This document shows, piece by piece, positions 14,089-26,984 of a stretch of DNA of 64,000 nucleotides. This stretch comes from Lobosporangium transversale (taxonomy: Eukaryota), in NCBI RefSeq assembly GCF_002105155.1, contig NW_019028979.1, positions 124,001 to 188,000 on the forward strand, given 5' to 3'. Numbering within the stretch: position 1 is the first letter of the stretch; each line of letters begins with the position of its first letter. A model generated the notes under the pieces. The model saw only the letters and a program-made list of their open reading frames with translations. It ran no database searches and was not told the origin of the DNA. The translations under genes and the position numbers were made by a program.

Positions 14089-15736
14089 CCTTACATGAAT
14101 GTGCGTATCTCAACAGCATCTGTTGGACTTACTGGTTAGTGTACATCCAATCTGCATAATATGTCATCGTTTGTATTTGATTACCTTATTGATTTTGGCT
14201 TCGTCCTACCATATACTGTACAATTAGATGACCAGAAGGAGCTCCAGAGCCTTGCACGCACCTTTGCGGATAATGAATTCGCCCCAAAGATGCAGGAGGT
14301 ATGGTGCAAATGCATATTTATACTTTGTTTTTGAAATAGTTTGGACAACCCTGTTGTTGATTTTTTATTTTTCTTTGTCTTTGTTGTTCTGGTTATTTAT
14401 TTTAGTGGGACGAGAACCAACACTTCCCTGTTGATGTCCTTCGCAAGGGCGCTGAACTTGGTTTTGGAGGCCTGTATACCCGTGAGGATGTTGGAGGAGC
14501 TGGTCTTGGACGCTTGGATACCTCCATTGTTTTCGAGGCACTTTCCACGGGTGATGTATCGACTACAGCGTACATCAGTATCCATAAGTATGTAGTAATT
14601 TTTTTCATTGCGAAGTCTCAGATTGATTTGACATAAATGTTTTCCCTGTTACTGATCATCATGATCGTTCTCTTTCCTCATAGTATGTGTGCATGGATGA
14701 TCGGTAAGTTTCCAATTGCTCATGTCGTATAGCTTTTTGGATCGATATTTATTTATTTATTTATTTCTATATTTGATGGATGTAATATTTGAACGGTATA
14801 GACACTTTTGGTAATGAGAATCAACGTCAAAAATACTTGCCCAAGCTCACCAGTATGGAGCACTTTGCGTCCTACTGTCTGACGGAGCCAGGTGCAGGAT
14901 CAGATGCTGCAAGTCTTGCCACCACGGCTGTCAAGAAGGGATCTCATTATGTTCTGAATGGGAGTAAGGCATTTATTTCAGGCGGAGGATCGTCTGATGT
15001 ATACGTGATCATGGCTCGGACTGGAGGACCTGGCCCCAAGGGTATTTCATGCTTCATTGTAGAGAAGGATTTCAAAGGGCTGAGCTTTGGAAAGAAGGAG
15101 AATAAATTAGGCTGGAATTCACAGCCTACCAGAGCAGTCATCATGGAGGACTGTGAGGTCCCAGTTGAGAATTTGGTTGGAGTTGAGGGCCAAGGGTTCT
15201 CCATTGCCATGAAGGGTCTCAATGGAGGTCGTATCAACATTGGTAAGGAATATTTATATGGTTGTAATGAATCAACAAGAAAGAGCAGCTTATTCATTCA
15301 TTTTACTTTATTGTGCTACATTACGTTAGGATCATGCAGTTTAGGCGCTGCACAGGCGTCGATTGAAGCAGCATTGGAGCATGTCAAGGTTCGCAAGCAA
15401 TTCAACGAGCCATTGTCTAACTTCCAAAACACTCAATTCAAGCTTGCAGATATGGCTACCAGCTTGCTTTCTTCACGGTTGATGATCCGTCAAGCGGCGA
15501 TGATGTTGGATCAGAACCATCCCAATGTGGCGAGTTATTGTGCGATGGCGAAGCTTCATGCTACCGATGCATGTTTCCAGATCTGCGATGACAGCCTGCA
15601 GCTGCATGGTGGATATGGATACTTGAAGGACTATAAGGTTAATGTTTATCTGCGAGACGCGCGTGTGCACCGCATTCTTGAGGGTACAAACGAGATCATG
15701 CGCATCGTTGCTTCTCGTGCTCTTTTGGCTGATTAA
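13854..15736 (+). CDS. ACAD8: Isobutyryl-CoA dehydrogenase (ACAD8-like acyl-CoA dehydrogenase), probably mitochondrial
   Basis: Spliced product has [59 protein letters not shown] and [14 protein letters not shown]. Arg/Ser-rich presequence [18 protein letters not shown]. Microexons at 14117-14134 and 14684-14703. Confidence 0.93.
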
Positions 15737-16203
15737 GGAAGTGAGCCATAAGCAATCCATTAATCTTAAATAAAATAAAAATAAAATAACATTATGTTAT
15801 ATGTTATATATATCATCGTAGATGATCATGATATCCCATGTTATCTGGTCAGTCAATGCTCCAAGGACCCAAGAATATTTTGGTCTGTAACCGTATTTCC
15901 TCCCTGACACGTTTCCAATCAAAGAAAAAATCTAAGTGTGTAAGCTTGCTTTGCCAATATCCAATAAAAAGTTTTTTATGAGTTCAGACAATCTCGAGAC
16001 AATTCTTCCCCTTTGTTTGCCATTGACAGGTTCACACACATCTTGCTATTTGCTTTCCAAGCAAGGATATAAAGACCTCAGGAGGCGCACCATATTAAAT
16101 TGAGTTAATATCATTATCGTCTGTTTCTGCTCTTCTTCCTTCCCCACAAAATCTGCTAATCCACCTCTCACTCTCTACACTTTCTTTCTCCTCCGACCTC
16201 TCA

Positions 16204-17138
16204 ATGCAGGCTTCGACTGAATCGCCTTCTTCGCATCATAGCCATAACCATAACGATAGCCATTGCCATAACGACTACGACCACGACTACCGTCGTCAGC
16301 GCAGCACAACTAGTTCTTCTTCTTCATCTCTGACTATCATTGCATCTCCAGCTCCTTCCTACACATCCTCATACTTGCCTTCAAAACTCAAATCATTCTT
16401 CAGCTTCGGAAGCGGCCCAGATACTGTTGTTCAGACCGGTGATAGTCTGCGGAAACAGACCTTGGTCCGTGACAGAGACCTCAACGGATATCCAGCACCC
16501 AAAACTTCCTCCGCACCGACTTCGCCACAGTCTCCTACTACAACTAACGACGATCAAGCGGTGAGTAAATGTCTTTGTTTGTTCAAGAAACAAACCCATA
16601 GTTCTTCTTGATGTCTCTTTTTTTTCTCTTATCATTGTTCCTATTTCCGTCTCCCCGACATCATTAAATCATTATCCTTCCCTTCTATCGCCCTCATTAT
16701 CCCGCCTTGGCTGTAGTCTTTCCTTTTTCCTGACAAAATACATTCAGCATTCACAGTTATGCTTGACAGAATATGGGAAGGGCCTACTATTCTATTTCTG
16801 CATTCCTCCTTTCTCCAGTTTCCAGTCATCATATCAATATGTTTTGCACCAGTGACTGCGCGCTGTGCATTTTTCTTTTTTGAAGCAAAAGTCATCATCA
16901 GTCTCATTTGAATTGTTTGAATTGTGATTTGTTCTTTCGTCATCAATTATTATTATTATTATTATTATTATTTTTTTTTTTTTTTTTGCTCCACTTTTTG
17001 TGTTCGCCCTTCATTACCCCTGTCCTGTCTACGCCTACTTTGCCAAACCCATACCCACGCTCAATTCTCATTACTCACGTCAACACTCAGACTTGTCTTC
17101 TTTAACCGTTTCTTTTTTTTTTTTTTTTTTTTTTTTTT

Positions 17139-17169
<31 letters not shown>

Positions 17170-18851
17170 GACGGGGCATTCCTTCTTGTCCGGAGCAAAA
17201 AAGACATCCCCCGTCCGTTTTTTGATTGTCTTGTCCCTCCTTTTTTCTCTCGTTCACTCCTCATAATTTTGTGAACACCAAATCTCTCTTGATTTGGACC
17301 GACGTTTCTCGCCCCCATTTTCACATTCCCGTGTACACAACACAGCCTTTGTCTATTACTCTTACGACTTTATTATTACTAAGAGCTTTTCTCTTTGCCT
17401 CAACAATCGAATGTCATTTGTAATGCTACTTTCCGTGTGTTTTGTGTATTCAAATATTCAAATATAATGTTATGAGACAGGCCTCATGCTGATCACAGCA
17501 ACATCGTTTTTGTCTTCAACAGTTTCTCAGGCGAGTTGCCTCAACGCCTAATACCAAGGCCGCAATTGAAGACGCTATCAACAAAACCAAGAAGACTGAC
17601 AACAAGGGCAACAGGAATACAGGGCTATCGGCCAGTACCAAATCTAGTGGTTCAATTCGTTCTGTAATGACTACATCCTCAATGACAACTACCGCAACAG
17701 ATACAACCATCAATGGCAGTGGCAGCGGCACCAGTAGTAGTAACAGCAGCAGCCATGGTTCACCGACGTTTATCGGAGGGAGCCATCTTTCCATCCCAAA
17801 AAGTTTTAATGGATCAGCACTTGACTTGAGGAGAGGTGCTTTTCGTCGAACATACTCTTCAAACTCCATTAAGAAAAAGTCTGTTGAGGTATCGCCAAGC
17901 AGTTTTGTCAAGATCCGTTTATTAGGTAAAGGAGACGTCGGGAAGGTCTATCTAGTACGCCAAAAGGACACTGATCGTCTCTATGCTATGAAAGGTAAGT
18001 AATAATAATAAAAAAGTCTAAACGCTTTGAATCAGACCCCTTTCACTTTTGATCTATGTCCATTTTTTTTTTAATTTTTTTTATTAACATGTTCTTCTTA
18101 ACTTTACTGACTTAAACTTCGACCAGTGCTCTCAAAGAAGGAAATGATTAAGCGTAACAAGATTAAGCGGGCATTCGCAGAGCAAGAAATCCTGGCAACA
18201 TCCAACCATCCATTCATTGTCACATTATACCATTCCTTTCAATCGGAAGACTATCTATATCTTTGTATGGAATACTGCATGGGAGGAGAATTTTTTCGTG
18301 GTAAGTTTTCCTTTATAAGTAATATTTTTATGGCTATGATGTTTTTAAAGGGTTTTTCTCATGCCAAGTCATGTTAGAAGATTCACTAATAAAAACGAAT
18401 TGTTGTAGCATTGCAAACAAGGCCTGGAAAATATCTTTTGGAGGAAGATGCAAAGTTTTATGCCGCAGAAGTCATTGCTGCATTGGAGTATCTCCATCTA
18501 ATGGGCTTTATTTACCGTGATTTAAAGCCGGAGAGTATGTAACAATTAATTTGTACATTGCAGTTTTTTTTTTTTTTTTTTTTTTTTTATTTTTTTATTA
18601 ACAACCAAGTTATCAATAATGCAGGAGCAATCATTGACCCTATTTCCTTTAACGTGTCCTTTAAATAGATATTTTATTGCATCAGACAGGACATATCATG
18701 TTGACAGACTTTGATTTGTCAAAGCAGTCGTCACCAGCAGGAGAACCAACTGTGGTGAAAACTGGATCACCTTCTACACCACCAGCAATTGATACAAAAT
18801 CCTGTATTGCTAACCTTAGAACAAACAGTTTTGTCGGGACCGAAGGTATGC

Positions 18852-18905
<54 letters not shown>

Positions 18906-19652
18906 TTCAGTCTTATCATTTTAATATATACGCTGTAGGGAAAACTATAAAGCTAAATTCTGGTTTTATATTTTTGATTATGATATTGCTTGAACACTGA
19001 TAGAATATATTGCACCAGAGGTTATTAAAGGATGTGGGCACACTTCCGCTGTGGACTGGTGGACTTTGGGGATTTTGATGTATGAAATGCTTTTTGGAGT
19101 GACTCCGTTCAAGGGCAAGGATAGGAACGCAACCTTTCAATCGATCTTGCATACAGACGTTCAATTCCCGGATCATCCAGGAGCGCAGCCTATCTCCTCA
19201 TTATGCAAATCCGTGATTCGAAAGTTGCTAATCAAAGATGATCAGCTCCGGTTAGGATCTAAGGCGGGAGCAAGCGATGTGAAGTCACATCCGTTTTTCA
19301 AGACAACCAACTGGGCCTTGCTTAGACACTTGCCACCACCCATCATACCACAACCTTCATTCGGTGAGGATGCAGTCAATTTTAGGGAGATGCAAGAGTC
19401 TGTTAGTCTAGATATTGAAGGCGAGGAGCTGGTGCTTCAACAATCTGGAGCCAAGAATTTGTTTGCCAACTTTAGTTCAGGTATGAGATGGAGATGGTGG
19501 CACTAGTGATGAAAGTGTTTTGTGATTCCATTGAATAATGAAAGGACAAATGGGAACTGAACGCTAACGTATTGACCATCCTTTCTTTCTTTTCTTTTCT
19601 TTTTTTTTTTTTTTTAGTTACTCTGCACCACGATGGCGACGATGATTTGTAA
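16204..19652 (+). CDS. nrc-2: AGC-family Ser/Thr kinase, Nrc-2/Fpk1/Ppk14-like (flippase kinase family)
   Basis: [10 protein letters not shown] and [11 protein letters not shown] motifs; [68 protein letters not shown]; terminal exon [11 protein letters not shown] ends at 19652. Confidence 0.92.
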
Positions 19653-19799
19653 TCACAAGCCTGTACTATTTTGGAGGACAATTTCCAAAAAAAAAAAATA
19701 ATAAAAAAAGCGAAAAATAAAAATAAAAAAATATCTTAAAATTGAAAACTCCATGCATTTGTTCGCTTTAGACATGTATTCATTGGCATGGATATTGCT

Positions 19800-22213
19800 T
19801 CATGTTTTGGGCAAGTGAGTTGTTGAAGGATGGTTGCCAAGAGCAGAAAAGGTCGATATCGTTGAACCTGCAGTTGAGTCTTTAACTTTTCTGAAACCAG
19901 TCCCTGTAATGTTCCCCTGAGTAGTGGCTCGTGCTCTCCTTGCTTTAGCAATAGGGTCCAGATCCTCCTCGCTATCTTCGCTATCCTCACTATCCTCACT
20001 ATCCTCACTATTCTCTTCGTATTCACTTTCACCGTCATCATTAACACTATCATTATTATCCCCGTCCTCTTCGCTGTCATCATCTTCGCTCTCATTCTCG
20101 TTGTTGTCGTCTTTCGAGTCGCTCTCCGTAGATGGGCCAAGAAATCTATCCAGATCTTCCTTTTCACGCCACTCCTCCTCGTGCTGCGTCAAGAATAGGT
20201 CAATGCTAGTACCCATACTTGAGTTATGAGTGTTATTGTTGCTGACATGAATTTGTTTATTGTCAGTGCTTGGTTTGCTGGGTATCCTTGCTCGACCTTC
20301 TGCTTCTGCTTCTGCAATCATCCACAGCTCCTGCTCACGTTCCTCCTGTGTTTTTCGGAACTGGGCCATATCTGTCTCGAATTGGTTCTGATACAGTCGC
20401 AATTTCCGCGCAGCTTCCTCTTTTTGGAACTGCTGACTCCTGATAGACAATAACTCGGCTTTGTCCCATAGTTGCTTTCTGATAATGCAACGTGCGATTT
20501 ATGGAGACAAATGAAAAATGTAATAGGGAAAGGAGAGTCAAACCAAGTTCCACTTGGAAAACAACAAAACAACAACAACAACAAAAAAAAAAAAAAAAAA
20601 AAACAGGATCAATATCAGAATCATTAACATCTCATATACCTTTTGGACTCCATATACGTGTCTAGCTCCAACGCTTTAGACTTCTTCCAGTCTGCCAAAG
20701 ACAAGATCTCATTTTCATCCTCTAATTCTTCAATCATCTTCTCTAATCCCACAAGTTTTCTCTGTATATTATCTAATTTTTTTTTTTTTTTTTTTTTATA
20801 TTATTAAAAAAAAAATCCAAACAAAAATTAAAGACGAAATTCAACATTGATGTTTTATTGAGTAAGTTTTTAAGGTTACATTCCTATCCACCATCTTCCT
20901 TCCTTACCTGACACAGTTAACATTTCTTCCAAATTCTTGTCCAAGACTTTCAGATCTCTGACTTCCTTTGCTAGTTGATCTGATGCCCTGACGTGTTGCA
21001 TACAAAATTCTATAACCTTTTTTAAAATTTCTTCCGCAGCCTGTAAAAGGCAGTAATACGTTTTAGACATACAAGATCAACAAACTTCGCTCAAGAAAAA
21101 AAAAGAAAAAGAAAAAAAAAAAAGAAAAGAAAATAAATCCTTACATCAGCCTTTTCTGAATTGCGGGCAGAATGACTGTGAATTTCTATCCATGAATCCT
21201 GGTATCTATCATATTCCGCCCCCAATGAGTGTATAAGTAAATTATAGAAATAATAATAGCAACAACAATAATATATATAATCAGATTTCTCTGCATTGCG
21301 AGCGAGACAACAGTCTTTTATGCCCTAATTCCGTTTTTCGTTACCTTCGCGCCATTTTTGCAACCTCAGGCATGCGCTTCGCCCGCTCCACAGCTAGATC
21401 CTCATCTTGTTGCTGTCTAATTTTCCCCACTAGCGCTGCAGTCTCCTTAGCTGCTACTTCAGTTTTTGTTCCAGTTTTCAACACATTTCTTGGATGGTAA
21501 TGGCTGCTGCCTTCACTACTCCTGTGACTATCTATCCCTCTTATTTTCATATATTCAGCAGAACCTATATCGTCTCCAATGACCATGTCTGCTTCACGTG
21601 GATTTTCGTAACCATCCTGCCCATGCTCGTTTCCATTCCATGTCCAGCCTCGACTTTTCCTCAACTGCTTACCGTCGCCCCCAGCATGACTTATATATGG
21701 CCCTTGATTTTTATGATATGAGGCGTGATCTATTGAATCTCTTCCCCCTCCCTCTCCTGGTATAGTTCCTCTCCTTGTGAATACTCCTGATCCAGGTAAT
21801 GGTCCTTGTCCAGTTGAACCATGATTGAATCCAAGACCCTCAGCCAACTGGCCTAATTTCAATCCACTGCTAATGCTTTTGATCGACTCTGTGACAGAAT
21901 CGGTGATAGATTCGGTCACATCTTTGATAGACCCTGATCCTGATCCAGATGAGCTGATGCTGCTACGTTGAAGATGCCTTCCCATATTTCCAGAGAGTGA
22001 TGGTGGTAAAAATGACCAAGACCCTGAACTATCTCGCTCTAATGATGATCTTTGTTGTTGATTTGCACTTCCTGCAGACGATGGTCTTAGTGTTTCATGC
22101 TGTTGTTGTCGTTGTTGTCCATGCCTGCTATTAGAATCCAATGGGTTATTGGCGAGCACTGTCCGTAAACTCTCAACGCCAGACTTGACTGCCTGTAATC
22201 TATTTTCCAACAA
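19800..22213 (-). CDS. Dysbindin (BLOC-1 subunit 8)-like coiled-coil protein; 5' end unresolved (may extend to ~22310-22370)
   Basis: Exons ~22200-21345, 21205-21145, 21040-20908, 20772-20640 and 20478-19800 splice in frame to RYQDSWIEIH...LADWKKSKALELDTYMESKRKQL...YQNQFETDMAQF...EDLDRFLG plus an acidic tail, colinear with metazoan dysbindin motifs as I recall them. Confidence 0.7.
19972..20010 (-). repeat. Coding 9-bp tandem repeat encoding (SED)n in the acidic tail of the dysbindin-like gene
   Basis: ctatcctca units on the + strand; SEDSEDSEDSEED on the - strand. Confidence 0.85.
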
Positions 22214-22829
22214 ATAGATTCATATTCAGCTGAGTAAAATTCAAAGGCTGATTTTTTTTCGTCTCCATTTCTTTCACATACCCTTGTTGACTCTTTGCAC
22301 GTAGCTCATCCTGTCCTAAGCTAATAAAGGCATATGATCATATAGTGGCAAGTCATTGATATACATTGTAGATAGTAAGGAGTAAGTCAGCTATATCCTT
22401 TTGTGCTCTTTTATAGATCAGATAAACGTATAAGTGCTGAGTTTCTGTATATAAGATGTACATACATGGCATTACGAAGCGAATCCGGAGAATTGAAAAT
22501 GTTTTTGAACATTTACAAAATAAATGTATTTTTTTAAATAAAAAAAAAAAAAAAAAAAAAAAAGGTGTAGAGATATTCAAAGCGTTTAGAACTGATAACA
22601 GTGGTGCTGACAACGAATGAGTTTGACGATAGAACATAAGAATAGTGCATTCACATGCAGACTTGAACATGTTCAGGCAAAAGGCAAAAGGTAAAATGGA
22701 AGAAACGTGACAAGGATCTCACGTGGCTTACGTAACTACAGCTCAAAGGACTTTTTTTTTATTTCATGAATGTAGTGTATACAAAAAATAAATATGAACA
22801 ATAAAAACAAATGATGCTCAGTATAAGAT

Positions 22830-25800
22830 TTATACAGGAGTATATTGTGTCCCTGTTGCCTCTGCTGCTGCTTTTGCTGCGGCAATCCTGGCATTGTCTT
22901 CTTCAATGATCCGTCTTTCTTCCTCTGACAATTCAAACGGCACTTCTTCTGTCCTGTGCAGATCCGTCGTTGGATAGAGCACTGGTGAATCTGATGCTAC
23001 AAGGGTTTCATCTGCGGTAGGAGTGACAGTAGATATTTCTGAACCGCTATCTCCTGCCAAACTAGACCGCAACTGGCTGTAATCTGGATCTGTCGGTCGA
23101 TGCTCCTGCTGTAAAGATGAGGGCTGATAAGGTGATCGACGGTTGAGATAAGATGATACGGTCCGAATTTGTCCTTGATTCTGGGCATATACACCTGAAG
23201 ATCTGGGGTAGACAGAACCTGCAGTGGTATGTCGGGGGACAGCACCTCCGGCCTGAGCATGCCTTGCCTGTGTTGAACTGTATTCAGCTAAAATTCGGTT
23301 CATTTCATGAACACTCTTAAGCAGAGTAAACAAAACGTCTGCATGTTGCTTGCGCTCTGGATTTTGTGCGCACATTTCACGAGCCTTAGCTGCCTTCTTC
23401 ATCCTCTCTTCATCACTATCCGCCACAGACTTGGCTGTTGCAAGCTTGCTAGATGATTTATCCAAATGGATCTCGGCCAGCTGACGTGTCATAGCCTCTA
23501 GTGGGTCCAATGGCTCTGTTGACACACTAGTAACTGCGGCAGCTGCAGCTGCGGCTGCCGCAGCCTGTTTCGCGCGCGCCCTTTGGACGTAGCTGCCGAA
23601 TCTAGTGGATGGAGCTTGCTGTACAGTCGAATTGACTTCGCTCTGTTCCTGGGCACTCTCCTCGTCCGCAGTTTGCTCTCGATCCTCTTCAAGCCCCTCG
23701 GCCGAGGCCTCCTCAACATCAAGCGTTGGCATTGGTGAAGTTGGAACTGCCGGTGCAGACATCATGAGAAGTTCAGGATCCATATCTTTGTATGCCGGCT
23801 TTGACTTCTTTTTCTCAGTTGCTGGACGCTGCATCATCATCATACCGCCCTCAGACGCGTATTTTTCCTGCTTCGCCTTAGTTTGAGTACTCATATCTGC
23901 GTAAGTTCTTTCAACCTTGGCGCCTATTTTAGGTTCAATGAACTCCTCTTTGATCTCTTTCTTGATCTCTGGGCTTGGGCGACTGTTCATGAGATTGTTC
24001 ATCGATACATACTGATGATTGAAAGGATTGATTTGTTGCTGAACCACATTCTTGACAGGTAGTGAAGTAACTACTCCTGGTAATCGGACGGGAGTATCTG
24101 TCACCTCCCAAGGCAACTTGTCTGTTCCAAATGTCATCGAAGGTGCAGTAAGGGTGGTGGAGACGAATGGATCTTCCGGAAGTATTTCCTTATATATAGA
24201 ATCATTCTGCGAACTAGTCGAGGTTACGAATCCAGGATTAACAGGTGCGGTACCATAGACCTGGAACCCATTAACGCCAGTATAATCTGTATTTAATGTA
24301 GCAGGGTTCTGCTTTTGATCAAGGTCTGGGAATAAGGTGTCAAATGGTTGGGATTCAAAGATCTCTCCGCTAACATCCTCATATAAAGCGGAGCAGTACT
24401 GGCTAAATTGGTTTAACTGATTCCAGTCGCGCAGGTCAGGCAAGGCTGTCAAAAGGCGATCGGTTGTCAATGGACTGACGTCTGTGATGACTGCAAGCGC
24501 GTTCAAATGGCCCACCACATCTAAGAGTACGAGATTCACATAAGAGATTTGTCAGCCATGTCATACACAAGGATGTTACAATCTATAGCTCATTAGGAGT
24601 CACGTTTGATAAGATCCAGGGGTAATGCGATAGTGAAAGTATAAGCATCCTTTATATATATATCAAGAGATCATCTTACCTTCAGTATAAGATTGATCCA
24701 TGCGCTTCTTCTTTGCTTCCATTGCAAATAAACCCAGTGTATCAGAAAAGATGTCGTCCAAACCGTCACGAGGGCGTTTGGCACTCATGGGCGAAACCAT
24801 ATCATCGTATCCAGAGGCAGCAGATGGGAAAGCCCCATAGTAAGTGCCAGACACATCAATGTTAGGTCTGCTGAAACCCTGGTTTCCGAGATCCATATCC
24901 GTTGATCTTGGTGAGCTGTAGAGATCGGAATTGGTTGAGTACGAAGGCGAGGCTATGAATAACCAGCGGCAAAGTACAATTGGTTAGAATTAACTTTCTT
25001 TCTTTGCTTTTCATGCAGGAAAAGGAAAAAAAAAAAAAAAAAAAAATACAAGGTTGCGGCGCTTTTTTTAAACAAAAAAAAAAAAAAAAAAAAAAAAAAG
25101 AAAAGGGTTCTTACAAAGACCTGGATTATTCCAGGACTCGGCTGGATCCACTAGGCTTGCAGGTGACATAGGTATACTATAGGGTGAATGAATAGAGGAG
25201 ATTGTGGATGCGGGTATCGAAGGCGAGCGATCTGTATAGGATGGAGGAGTAAGGGGATGATATTGATCATGACCATGGGCAACTGGCTGGAGACGTGAAG
25301 AGCGAGCGGGGTTTGCTTTGTTACTTGCATTGCTGGATGATGATGCTCCGTTGGCTGGGTTGTCCTGATGAATTTTTTCGTGTTTTTTGAGATCCTGAGG
25401 TCGCTTGAAACCCTTGTTGCAAATCTAAACCGAAAAAAATAAATGCCAAGACAATTTTTTTTAAAAAAAAATCAGTCCATGACCTAGACCCGATAGGGCA
25501 GAACACAGGCAGTGGCCAAGCAAAAACGAGAGCAGCGTCTAATTGCTTGGGTAAAAATGAAGACGTACTGGACGACAGCAATACAAAAAAGAATGAATAA
25601 TAATACTAAACGACTCATTACCTCACAGCGGTAGGGTTTTGAGGCCACATGGACCCGAAGATGGGATGTGATATGATCTCGCTTTGCAAAAGCTGGTACG
25701 TTGCACTTGTCCCAACGACAAGTTAGACACAAATTATGGTGAGCCTTTCTACCAACGTGGTCATCGCGAAGGTGCTCATACAGCAACTCTGCATCGTCAA

Positions 25801-25879
25801 AGTTCTTGAGACATGAGTCCCATTGACAGATGTAGTCGTCCGAGAAGATGAAGGACTCTGGGGAAGGAATGTTTTCCAT
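22830..25879 (-). CDS. pacC: pH-response C2H2 zinc-finger transcription factor PacC/Rim101
   Basis: Three fingers: CQWDSC...[21 protein letters not shown]...[13 protein letters not shown], and after an intron [25 protein letters not shown]. Downstream exons include 24680-24950 and 22830-24520. Confidence 0.92.
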
Positions 25880-26145
25880 TCTAAATTGAATTGGTCAATG
25901 AAAAGAGAAGCTACACTATTGTTTTCGTTACAATAATGATAATAATGAAAGTAACGAGAAAGTAGGAATAAATAGAGACGAGGGGGTTGATATGATCGAT
26001 AAATGTCCAAACAGCTGAACTGCGACAAGAGTTGATGTCAATGAGAATAAAAGAAAGGGAAAAAATGATTGCGTTTGGGGTTGAAAAGGTCAGAGCCAGA
26101 GCAGACCATTTTATGGCTGGGTGAAATCTTTCCACTAGAATCAGT

Positions 26146-26324
26146 CTTGGCTTGTGATACAATTATATTATTGCATGTTTATTCATTATACGCATGAACT
26201 CAAATACTCAGAAAAAAAAAATGCCAAGCAATTTTTTTTTTTTATTATCAATGTGTATATGGATGGTGCTCTCTAATAAAGCTACAGGTTGACCCCATGC
26301 AGTCTTAATCATTATTATGCCAAG
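26146..26324. promoter_or_regulatory. Three PacC consensus sites (GCCAAG) upstream of pacC
   Basis: CTTGGC at 26146-26151, GCCAAG at 26223-26228 and GCCAAG at 26319-26324. These match the established GCCARG consensus. Confidence 0.5.
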
Positions 26325-26948
26325 GGATGTCCTGTCTTCAGGCGTCTGGGTGATTAAAAATGACAATGGCTCTTTTTCGGCTAATTCCCTTTTCTCTTAC
26401 ATTTGAACAGTGTGTCCAAAACCACAATTACCCACGTTCTGTGGCGGTTGAAACCTAATGTTGTCCACAAAAAATAGCTGTGAGATTCCCCCGTCCATTT
26501 CTGACTGATAACTGCCCAGCCAACGGAAAGAAAGACCAATTGGTAATTCACGCTTAAGAATATTGTTCTAGTAGGCTAGAAAGTTCCTTGTAAGCATGTA
26601 CGCAATAGCCCATCTGATTGCAAACAAAAAAAAAAATGATATATATAAATATATGCTTCGTTCGCGTGTACAAGTTGATTACAAGCAATACTTTAAAAAA
26701 AGAAATAAACGCGTACAAGGTGATTATGGGTAACGCTTTTTTAAACAGAAATAAACACTAAAACAAGGACACCACAGCCTTGCACGAATGCTCGCAAGTT
26801 GGGCTGTGGCGGTGTGGTCATAATTGCCGTTGCGTTTCTTCTTGGAAAAGGAGCAAGACATGAAAATTTAAAAATATCTGTGGCGTCAACATTCCTGCAT
26901 CTGCAAAACAGCAAAAGTGGCTTGAGTGATAGTCAACTGATACTTGGT

Positions 26949-26984
<36 letters not shown>

